A stretch of 64,000 bases of DNA, from NCBI RefSeq assembly GCF_964204645.1, contig NC_134028.1, forward strand, positions 16,437,653 to 16,501,652, given 5' to 3'. This DNA is from Tubulanus polymorphus (Eukaryota; Animalia; Nemertea). Shown here piece after piece: positions 11,958-22,187 of this stretch (positions within the stretch are counted from its first letter, which is position 1; each line of letters starts with the position of its first letter). The translations under genes and the position numbers were made by a program. The notes under the pieces are model-generated. The model was not told where the DNA came from, ran no database searches, and worked only from the letters and a program-made list of their open reading frames with translations.

Positions 11958-12480
11958 TTATAGATATCTAATTTTACTTTTTATTTCATTATTAGCTTTA
12001 TTTAATCTATCATCTATATGTTGTTTTGAAATAATATGTTGTGAATGAGAATTTATATTATATATTGGTTTATCTTTAGATTTTATAAATTTAACTTTAG
12101 CAGATATACTAATTTTAGGATACTCTACGTCTGTACTTATTCTTATAATATTTTTCATATTTTCTAAATGTTTTTTTTTCTTCTAATGTATTGCCTTTAT
12201 AAAATTTAAATTCAATAGCAGCTGGTACAATATCACTTTTAAATGCTTCGGTTATTTGAATATCTTTTCTATCATCTAATGAATTAATATAATTTCTAGC
12301 ATCTTCCATGTATGGTCTTTTATTGTTTAATTTATTTTTTGATTCTTCTAATTATGCTTTGTTTCTTATTAATATTTTCATCGAAATAATCTTCACCTAA
12401 AATATCATTTTTAATATTTCTAATATGACTTTTAGATTTTAAATGTTGTTCATAATATCTTTTGTTACTGAATTTTTAAT
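11958..12480 (-). pseudogene. Probable N-terminal region of protein-primed DNA polymerase B gene
   Basis: Half zinc finger KFSNKRYYEQHLKSKSH, then KISISAKVKF...NS...I...IDDRLNKANNEIKSKI, resembling the segment that precedes the GSGW motif in Polinton pPolB. No catalytic motifs remain. Confidence 0.45.
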
Positions 12481-12650
12481 TAACAATTATAATTTTTATT
12501 TTCCATCATTATGTCATGCAAGATACAATATAGGAGTTAAACATAGTTTTTACAGACATAAGATGAGGGACACAGTGCGAGCCTAGGGCTGTACTTATAA
12601 TTACTAAGGCACTGTGCCCACGTGCATTATGTGCAAGGTGCAATACAAAT

Positions 12651-12651
<1 letters not shown>

Positions 12652-12684
<33 letters not shown>

Positions 12685-12738
12685 CATTATAATATTCATC
12701 CATATTCATAACAATAAGAAGGATTATAATACTTAATG

Positions 12739-12789
<51 letters not shown>

Positions 12790-12822
12790 GTAATAATAAT
12801 AATAATAATGATTATAATAATG
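12652..12822. repeat. (TA)n and (TAA)n microsatellites in LINE 3' UTR
   Basis: Directly visible at about 12652-12682 and 12738-12822. Confidence 0.95.
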
Positions 12823-12957
12823 TAAAAAAAAACAGATAAAGATTAATAGCAATAAAGGCAATGGTAACAATAATAATAAGTAATAATAATAGTAAATGTA
12901 CTATTATATTAGTAATAGACAAGGAGAATCACAGTACAATATTTATGGATTAGCTCA

Positions 12958-15900
12958 TTAATAACTATTCAGCTTCAGATTCTTGAAATCAGATACAAGA
13001 GATGATAGGCTTTTAGCATTTCTCAACTTGATTAGTAGGTTTTGCCAGATGATGGGGACTTGAGCAAAAAGCGATTTGTTGAAAATTTGAGTACGATGAT
13101 ATTGGATTCTGGGTAGATTTTTTCTTCTGGTATTATATGTATGGTGTAAAAAATTTGGATTGAATAGCTTGAGAATTGGATGTGGAAGGATTTTATTTAC
13201 GTATTGATAGCCAAATTTAATCAGTTCTAATTCGACGAGGTCTTCAAATTTGAGGATTTTATACTTTTTGAAAAGAGGACTAGTATGGGCGTTAAATGAT
13301 GAATTGTCAATGTATCTGATGGCTTTTTTCTGTAGTTTGAATAAAGTGCTTACTTGGGATTTAGATAGCATTGGGCCCCAGGCTACTAATGCATAGGTAA
13401 GGTGGGAATGTACATAGCTATGATAGAGTAGACGATTAGCCCATGGTAGGAGAAAATTTTTTACACTACGGAGAAGAAATATGTTTTTTTTAATTTTAGA
13501 GACAAGCTGTTTCAAGTGTGAATTCCAGTTCAGTTGGTCTTCAATTGTTAATCCTAGGAATTTGCATGATTTAGTGGGTGTTATAATCACTGGACCAAAT
13601 CTTAAGTGGATGTCTTCAAGTTTTTTTTTTCGAGAAAAGGATTGCATGAGTTTTTGGTATGTTTAGCGTTAATAAATTTGCACGGAACCAGTCAATTAAA
13701 ATCTTGATATCTTCGTCAATGACTTTTTGGATTGAATCAATTATATCAATTTCAAAAAGAATATTAGCATCATCTGCGAAAAGAATTGTTTTGGAACTTT
13801 TTAGGTCATGATTAAGGTCATTAATATATATCAAAAAAAGCAAAGGACCGAGTACCGAGCCCTAGGGGACACCAAAGTTGATAGGTTTTAATTGACAATC
13901 TGTATTCAGCTTATAATTAACATACATTTTTCTGTTTGTAAGATAACTTTCAAACCATTTATAGCAGTGACCCCTGATTCCATAATGGGAAAGCTTAAAG
14001 AGTAGGTGACTAACATCAAGGGAATCAAAAGCATTTGACAAATCTAAAAAGAATGCGAGAGATGTTTTTTTATTTTCAATGTTATTTAGTATGGCGCCTA
14101 AAAATTCATTTATAGCGTGGCCCGTTGAGTGATTTGGTCTAAACCCATACTGGCTCGTATAGATTATATTATTCTTGACTAAAAAAGAATAAAGCCTAGA
14201 ATGTACGAGTTTCTCGAGGATTTTGGAGAAAACTGGCAGCAGCGAAATTGGTCGGTAATTAGAAAAAAGATCTTTGTCGTTGTTTTTAAATATAGGGATA
14301 ACCTTCGCTATTTTCATATCATCAGGGAAAATTCCTTCCTCGAGAGATTTATTCATTATTTGGGTTAATGGTTTGAGAATATTTTGCTTTACTTTTTTAA
14401 CTATTAAATTATTAATATTATCGTGACCAGAACTGAGTTTGTTGGGCAGAGATTTGATTAGTAAATCAATTTCCTGTTCATTTGTAGGGCTAAGAAACAT
14501 TGAGTTAGTGTTTTGGTTTGGTAAATAACTAGTAAAGTCTCTGTTCGATTTCGGAATCTCATTTGCAAATCTTTCTCCAATAGTACAGAAATAATCATTG
14601 AAGCCATTTGAGATCATCATTGGATCAGACGTCACTTTGCCGTTAATTATAAAGCTATTAGTTGTCACTGAAGTTTTATCTCGGTTTTTCCCAATGGCTG
14701 TTTTCATAAATTGCCAGAGCTTTTTAGAATTATTTTTAAACATGGTTAATTTGTTAGTTTGAATAGTAATCAAGTTTTTGTCGTCTTTTGATATAGTTCA
14801 GATTGTTTCTATATAGGACATATTCCTTATATTTCTGGTCATTTTTATTTCGGCGAATACAATTCTTATATAGTTTATCACATTTCCGTGACGATTTTAA
14901 AATGGATGGCGTCATCCATTCTTCTCTAATGTGCTTTCTAGCTTTAACTTTCATTACAGGCGCTACATCGTCCACTATATTACTGAGTTTATTGATAAAA
15001 TAAGAATAACTTTCATTGGCATTCATGTGAGCGAGGCCAGTCCAGTCAGTTGTTAGTAATTTTCTATTGATAAGGGCAAAGTTATTATATGATAGGTTAC
15101 GCTTGGTGGTTTCAGTGCTTTCTCGATACTTGGTAATTCCTCTTATTGATACTATACAAGGTAAGTGATCCGAAATATGAGTGGTCAAAATTGCACTACT
15201 GGCCCGTGAACAGAGATTTGGTGACAAATAGATATTATCAATCAAGGTAGCACTTGAGTGAGTAATTCTAGTTGGTCTCAAGATGGAAGGAAACAAATTG
15301 CTATTTAGGTTACAGTCTAAAAATTTGGATGTATTATTATGAGAATTAATCTTAATATAATCTATATTTTGATCCATTCCAAGAATAATGTCACTTTTTT
15401 CCTTTTTAATTGTTTTAAGTAAGTTATCATAGCTTGAAATAAAGTCATTCACAGGGGTGCCAGGTACTCTATAGACTTCACCAATAATCAAATTGTTTTG
15501 AAAGGATTTGCCCTTCCTGATCTCAATGAAACAAGATTCGTATTTGCCTTCTTCATAAAAGTTTAGGTCGGTCCGCGTTCTGAATGATAAACTATTTTTC
15601 ACAAAAAGTGCAACTCCCCCTCTAGATAAGTTTGTACGGTGTACCTCAAATAATGAGTATCCTGGTAAAATATAAGTTTGAGCATTATGATCAGTAAGGA
15701 ATGTTTCACAGAGCATAATTACATGTAGTTCAATATTTTGATGCCTAAAGTTTTCAATTAACATTTTCAAATTATCAATTTTACTTGGGAGACTATGTAT
15801 GTTACACTGTAGAACGTTAAACGTAGAACTTTTTTCACTGTTAATTAAATCAGAAAAAATTATCCGGTTCAATATATGGACACCTAAAATTGCAGATTGC

Positions 15901-15990
15901 AGATCCTTCATCATCTAGAATATTGTTTAGATTGTAATCATCATCTTTAAATCTATTGAAAAAATTCTCATTGCCTAAACACATGGGCCC
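12958..15990 (-). pseudogene. LINE ORF2 (APE endonuclease + reverse transcriptase), disrupted
   Basis: ORF pieces 14754-15914, 13862-14773, 13616-13843, 12958-13647. Motifs LCETFL, GGVALF, TLIDNI, SDHLP, NYRPISLLP, QYGFR, LDLSNAFD, GVP*GSVLGP, FADD, KFLG, HTSPLFK. Confidence 0.93.
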
Positions 15991-16505
15991 TATTCAAAGA
16001 AATTTGATATGTTTGATAAGTTTGAGCTGAAAAAAAACAAACGAATAATTAAGAAAAACAAAAATGAATAAAATAATTATGATAATAGTATTTATATAAG
16101 GATACCGAAAAAGAAAAGGAATAAATTGCAATATCCTTTCACACTAAAGCGACATCACAACGAGTGATGGCAAGTGATCAAGTTAATGTATTGAGAATAT
16201 CCCCACTAAGTTAAATACCTAATGGCATAGAAAGACAAATAATAAAGAATGCCTAGGTATAATGTCAGGCATTTTAACCATTAGATTTATCAAAAACTGA
16301 TATAATTAATTTTTATATAGCATAATCTAAGTAGTAAATACAAAATAGTAAATCGAGCTGGGAGAGCATATACATGAATATATATACAAATCATGTATAA
16401 ATCTCCTAGGTCATAAGTAGGCTTTCGCATGATCGAGTTGAGCAGGTATTAGCCGTACGATATAGTATAGAAAAGTTGATATGTTCGTAGCTTGGGACAT
16501 AGATT

Positions 16506-17501
16506 TTACATCGGTAGAGGCTCAAACATTTTTATATTAAGTTTCTTTCCACTCTGACAACTATTACCAAAAACTTTACCATTGATCGTCCAGACTTTGG
16601 TGTAGAGACCTGAATTAACAGCCCTATTCACAAGTTTAATGATTTCAGGGCAAAGATCCTCGCGTATGGTAATCCCAGAGTTTTTCAACCTAGCCCGTTT
16701 TTGTATGATCCCGTCTCGCACTTTCCTATCAAAGAATCGCATTATAATTGTGTTCGGATACGGCTTGATGTTTTTGTCAAATTTTTGCTGTCTAGATGGT
16801 ACACGGTGAGCTATTTCGATATCTTTGGTGCTGAGCTTTTCACTTTCACTTAGGTTTAGGTGCTGATTCAGTTTATCAATAGATAATTGTGTGCAGTCCT
16901 CAGTTTCAGTCTGGATTAGTCCACCTATACGAATATGAGTACGTCTTGAATATTGATTATTATCCACGGCTAGCCTGCGCGTTTCATAGTTATGGTTTTT
17001 TGTTTCACTTATCTCTGGTTTCAAGTCATTTATTTCCTGCGTAAGCATTGTTTTAATTTCAATTAATTTAGCTTCGTGTTGAACTTTGTTCTGCTCCAAG
17101 TCGTAAACGCGTTCTTCAGTACGGTGAACCAAGTTTTCGATTTCTTTATTATGGGCTTGGAGTCTTTTATCAAAGAGATCAAGTATCTCATGTTTAAAAT
17201 TCGTTATTTCCTGTTTGATGTTTGATAATGCGTCAATTTTCTGATTCATCTCGCTTACTGAGACAGCTAGGTTCGCAACACTCTCATCGAGAGACGATAA
17301 ATCGGTTTCAATAGTTGAAATTCGTTCTTTCCTCTTTTTGGCGGGGGGTGCAGATTTCGATATCTCAGGTTTTTGAACTATGGCATTAGCAAAAACTTCA
17401 GATTCAGACTCATTGAGTGTATTGTCTAAATTATCAGTAGTACCGGACTTCATTGTTCCTTTGGAACACAACATGCTGGTTATATTGGTTTTGGTGGTCA
17501 T
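16506..17501 (-). CDS. LINE ORF1p (coiled coil + RRM/CTD)
   Basis: Intact 331-aa ORF: coiled coil, NQYSRR..IRI.G, DIEIAHRV, IIMRF, I.EDL, VWTINGKVF. Confidence 0.85.
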   Translation of the reverse strand: MTTKTNITSMLCSKGTMKSGTTDNLDNTLNESESEVFANAIVQKPEISKSAPPAKKRKERISTIETDLSSLDESVANLAVSVSEMNQKIDALSNIKQEITNFKHEILDLFDKRLQAHNKEIENLVHRTEERVYDLEQNKVQHEAKLIEIKTMLTQEINDLKPEISETKNHNYETRRLAVDNNQYSRRTHIRIGGLIQTETEDCTQLSIDKLNQHLNLSESEKLSTKDIEIAHRVPSRQQKFDKNIKPYPNTIIMRFFDRKVRDGIIQKRARLKNSGITIREDLCPEIIKLVNRAVNSGLYTKVWTINGKVFGNSCQSGKKLNIKMFEPLPM

Positions 17502-18432
17502 TTCAACTCGGTTTGCTCGATTAATCAGTATGTGTCAGTATGTATCGTTGATGGGTAATTTTCGTAGTTTTGATAGGTGTCAAGTAGTCCAAACCCAAGT
17601 AAGTGACTACTGTTCGGTTGAGTCAATATCAACGTGTCAACTGACAGCTGTCAATCACGCAATCAACAATGAAAATCAGTAATAATCGAGCCGTAGTTTT
17701 ATAAAACTTCAAAAATCACCATGTTAGAATAATAGATCCATTCTCTGTTTTTTACAATCCGTTCCGTATAATCCATACGAATCAGTTTCAACACATCCAT
17801 TTGGTATTTTACTGGTTAAAATGGCTGAAATCCTGCAGTGCTACAAGACCAGCTGACCACTGTCGGCCATGACACCTGAGTTGATAATAATTAATAATAT
17901 TCTATTTAAGAATTCATACTGTGTATTTGTTTACTCTCCATTTATTATACATATTCTTTATTAAAATTGATTTCATTAATATAATATTCATTTATATAAT
18001 GTTCATATATATTACTATCCTACTTAAGTATCATTTGGAAAGTAAATCTCAAAAAGTAGGAATTAGAGGGCACTTGACCTTTAAAGCTTCAAATTATGTA
18101 CGTACAAAGATTCTGTAAATTTGGCAGCCGACCACACAACCATACAAATATTTCGATTTTTATTTCAAAGTCAAACTCCCCGTTTCCTTGCCGGGACGTG
18201 TTGGTTAACGCAGCCGGTGCAGATGCTGAACAAATATTAAGCGGCACCTAGCGGATTTTTTAGGAGTCGGCCTACCCTCTAGGATACATTCGATAGCGAA
18301 ATGGCGTCGCAGCGAACTTAATTTTATTTTATTGACCGTTTTCCTAAGAAAAATGTCTACTCACAGCTTTGTTTGTAACTTATAAAAAGCACAACATCTT
18401 ACAACTAAATGGGTTGGTACACCTCTGATGTC

Positions 18433-18492
18433 CCCCCCGCTTATAAGCTATGTCTATACTCCCCACCCCCACTTATAAGCTATGTCTATACT
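18433..18492. repeat. Two-copy tandem repeat of about 31 bp (C-run + cttataagctatgtctatact)
   Basis: Directly visible. Confidence 0.85.
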
Positions 18493-19700
18493 AGACCAAT
18501 TCCTCAGCTAACAATCGGGAAACGCTGTCTACACTAATTGAAAACGTTGGGTATTGTAGCAAAGCCGATATCATTTGGCTCGTAGAAATAAACCTCATAC
18601 CATGTAAAACCTATGTAACTAACAAAGGGTCTTAATTCTGGAAACCATGTCATTTAAATTTGCTCATCTATTTGTAAAGTAATAGGCATAGCCTACGACA
18701 AGCCTAAAATTTATCTCGAGAAATGAAGGTTCTATCGTGCTAACGTTTTTTTTTTCAATGCAGCCCCCGAGTGAGCACAACATAAACTTCAGCGCCCTGA
18801 ATTCAATGATTGTTGGAATTTACTTCGGACTATTTCCTAACTATGAACCAAGTTTGAAAAAAATATCTCGAAGGCTGAGCCCTCTCCAACAACAGCATGA
18901 TATTTCGTGATCCTAGGTGAAATACGCGTAGTTACAGATGTTTATAAATACGCGGTATCGACCATCGACCATCGACCATCGACAAGTCAAAACCTAGCCT
19001 ATATGCCACACCCCCTAATGTCGAGCGTAAAAATACATTTCATATTTTATTTAGTGAGTTGTAGAATGGTAATACAGAAATCTTAGTTCATGGAAGTTGA
19101 CAGAGTTTCTTCGACAAAGGTTTTTGGGTGTATTTATAAATAACGAGACGAGAAGTACAATATAGGTAAACTATCTATTTGACGCACGACCTTTTGCTAC
19201 TAATGTATAGAACCTTCATCATGGAAATGAGTCATTGGGTGTAACTGTAAACAAAAGATTATCATTGGAGGATCACAAATTCAGTTTGTAACTAGACAGA
19301 CATACCCCTCGGCAAGTGAGTGAGAGTAATGTAGAGAATGCAAAAGTATAATAGGGTAAATACACTTGACACTAAGTTTCTCGTCAAAAATAGGTTTCGA
19401 TATGACTGTGGGGCCAATCTTGGATTACATCTTTATGCATCAAAAACACTAGGATTTATCCGTCTCCTCCTTTAATGCACATACCAAGTCATACAAAAAT
19501 CAGTAAAAAACTATCGATTGTAGAGTAAGAACGTGGTCCATAATCCATATTTCACACAGAAATGCGGTTGCTTTCGATGTCCCATAGCCTATATGCCAAA
19601 GATAATTGGACTTATCCTTTTCCCATCATACCATATTTCAAGTATGAATAAAATCAGTCCAAAACTCTACACCTTAGAGCAGTGACAATATCCATATTGG

Positions 19701-19937
19701 AGGCTCGTGCTGAGTGGACCCTGAACCCGTAAAACTTTTGAAGTGCCCTTTAAAATAAAAAAAAAAATTGGGGTCTAGACCGTCACGGGTTTTTTTACAA
19801 CAATCCATTCTTAAATGATTAATTAAGGCACCCTCTCCATATTTTCAATATTTTCAATTTCGTGGCCATTTTCACGGTAAAGAGTGTCCTCTTTCCTTAA
19901 AATAGAACCGCCCCTCAGAAAAGCTCGGCACGGGCCT
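19701..19937. mobile_element. Short TIR element (hAT-like MITE)
   Basis: aggctcgtgctgag ... ctcggcacgggcct imperfect TIRs. TSD not clear. Confidence 0.5.
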
Positions 19938-20831
19938 ATTTTGGCTATTCAAGACACTGAAATGACTGCGCGGGCCATCTTGGATGACCTACACACATTC
20001 AAAACCCTCCCTGTGCCTTTAGTCCATATAACTAAGTGATAAGAACATCGGTATAAAACGGCGACTACGATGCGGAAACAAACTCCAAATAGCTGACACA
20101 CCAACATGACTGTGGCAGTCATCTTTGATGACATGTATACCGTTTTTTAAAAACAATACAGTTCATCCTCCTAATATCAACCACTATGGTTAAAAAAACT
20201 CAAAAATGGCTGTTTTACATGTCGAAATGGCCGTATCGTATTGTCCAAAATTGTCTGTAGAGCGGGAACAAGCTCAAAAATGGTTATTTTACACACCTCA
20301 ATTACTGTGGCGGCCATCTTGGAGTACCTGTGTATGTCAAAAACAATGGGGCTCATCCTCTTCACACCCAAAGCAAACTAACCAAGTAAGAAGAAAATCT
20401 AACAAAAACAGCGTGTAGAGCGGGAACAACATCTGCACGCCCGTCCGACCGCCCGTATTGTATTTTACTTTTATTTTACTGGGCCCCTTCTCTGAAAAAC
20501 CTTTCCAAAATCGATTAGCACATCTCCTGGTTTACCAGTATTTCAAAAAATATATAACATTCCTTAGATTATCGTGATAATGTATTGTGAACTTCCATTC
20601 TATGTATGAATGTATTCACTGTGTGTGCGCGCTTGCGCGCGCGCGCCCGCGCGCGTGTGGGTGAGGTGCATGAATGTGAATGTGAATGAATGTAATTCGG
20701 CTCCGATAGATCCTTGAGATCTCCCAGTCTAGCCCACAATTTGTGTTACATTTGTTCAGTGTATATTATATGATATGTATAATTCAATAATGTGAAGATT
20801 TATAAAACGTTTTGAATTAAATTTGACATAC

Positions 20832-20908
20832 CTGACCTGTTCCTCTGCTTGCGTATGGATGAACTCAAGTTTATCACAATGATCATTCTGCAATTTGGTT
20901 AAGGCAAG
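20832..20908 (-). CDS. RGS7-like: R7-family RGS protein, internal exon (DHEX)
   Basis: 77-nt exon, ttttag acceptor and gtatgt donor. Encodes LALTKLQNDHCDKLEFIHTQAEEQV+2 nt, compare RGS7 [23 protein letters not shown]. In phase with the 40484 exon. Confidence 0.88.
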
Positions 20909-21946
20909 CTAAAAAGATACACATCAAAGTAATAAGCTAGAGTTTCCTATTTACCGTTGATTACGGTTGGAGCAGGGGAACAACATTTCATCAAGATTCG
21001 TAGAAGTTCCTAATTCAAAAGCAGGAACAGAAAATTTCTCCTAAACTCATCGATTTTCCGTCAAGATTAGTATTAAACCCCGAAAAAATCAAAATAAATA
21101 TTTTATCTCTTGTACGATTCCTAGTAGGAGCTTTTCCTCCACCTATTTCATTCCGTTTTTGTTTAGACGAAAGGGCTCATTTCGCTAATTCTTACTCAAT
21201 CATTTTATGACTGAAAGAGGAAGTTTACTGCCAATCTAAGGCCATAGATTGCCTATGAAGCGTGCCCGTGAAATTTTTTATCGACTTCCGGCGATTGTTA
21301 AAATGCAGCAAACCGCTTCAACACGAAATTTTGGGGCTTCGGCTCAGCAGAAAAATGTCCATGTCCCTACACTGTAAAAAAAAGTTCGGAGAGTGCCGTT
21401 TTAGCGGCAAATTCCGACAATAAACGATAAATTACCGATAAATCACGGACTTGAAGACATTTATCTGTCGGCACGTTCCAGATTTTGATCATATCACAAA
21501 TCGGACAAAATTTCGTCGGACGTCGAAAATTTTGTGATCTGATACGGAATTAAGACGCAAAATAACGAACGTGATACCGATTTTCGAAACATCGGCGCGT
21601 GCTCCGCTTTGTTTCGGGGATCTGAATGAAAATCTCGGTTGATCTCCGGCATTTGACGGAACGCTCCGATTATCTACGGCGAGTCGCCGGCTTAAAGCCC
21701 ACGCGCAAGGCCTATAGATTGCACAAGATTGCTCGTTGGTCAAGATAGCGGACGCAGACAGGGAAATCGGAGTCGCAGCAAGAAATCCTAATAGTTTTGC
21801 GGTAAGAGGGTTCATTTGAAATTACTTGTATTAGGTCTAATAGATCGTTATGCTAAGGCCTCGCAGAAGAAGTGAACTTAGGCTGAAATCCCTATTACAA
21901 AAGGCCTACGTTAACGTTTTTGAGGTGATGTTTACCTGGACCCTCA

Positions 21947-22187
21947 CCTCGCTTGCCAGGGTTTTGTGTGATTGCCGCCCGCTGAAGCTCACGCCAACAC
22001 AAACCCTGGCTGCAAACCCCTGATCGATTTATTACATCTTCCAAAATCTGATTGGTTAGACAGACTGGTGGGCTCTGACCGGGAACCTGTGATTCTGGCC
22101 GACGTAATTGACCGATGAACGGTTTGCGGCTTTGGTTTGTGTTGGCGTGTGATTCAGCTGTCAGCAATCAAACCCTGGCAAGTGAGG
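21947..22187. mobile_element. MITE with long imperfect TIRs
   Basis: cctcgcttgccagggttt...tcacgccaacacaaacc pairs with ggtttgtgttggcgtg...aaaccctggcaagtgagg. Confidence 0.75.

Larger units (their letters stand above)
7734..12480. mobile_element. Endogenous Polinton-like/adintovirus-type DNA virus relic
   Basis: Abrupt switch to very AT-rich, intronless, tightly packed decayed ORFs. They include a capsid-like gene, an A32/FtsK-like ATPase half and a pPolB-like N-terminus. Confidence 0.8.
12481..17878 (-). mobile_element. Near full-length Crack/CR1-group LINE
   Basis: 5' UTR, ORF1, spacer of about 0.5 kb, ORF2 (APE+RT), 3' UTR with stem gggcacagtgc...gcactgtgtccc and aataaa at about 12495-12500. 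Confidence 0.92.

Noticed and set aside
7734-12480. Organellar insertion or bacterial contamination as the source of the AT-rich block
   Set aside because: No mitochondrial, plastid or bacterial housekeeping motifs. The capsid-like and packaging-ATPase motifs and flanking host retroelements favour an endogenous virus.
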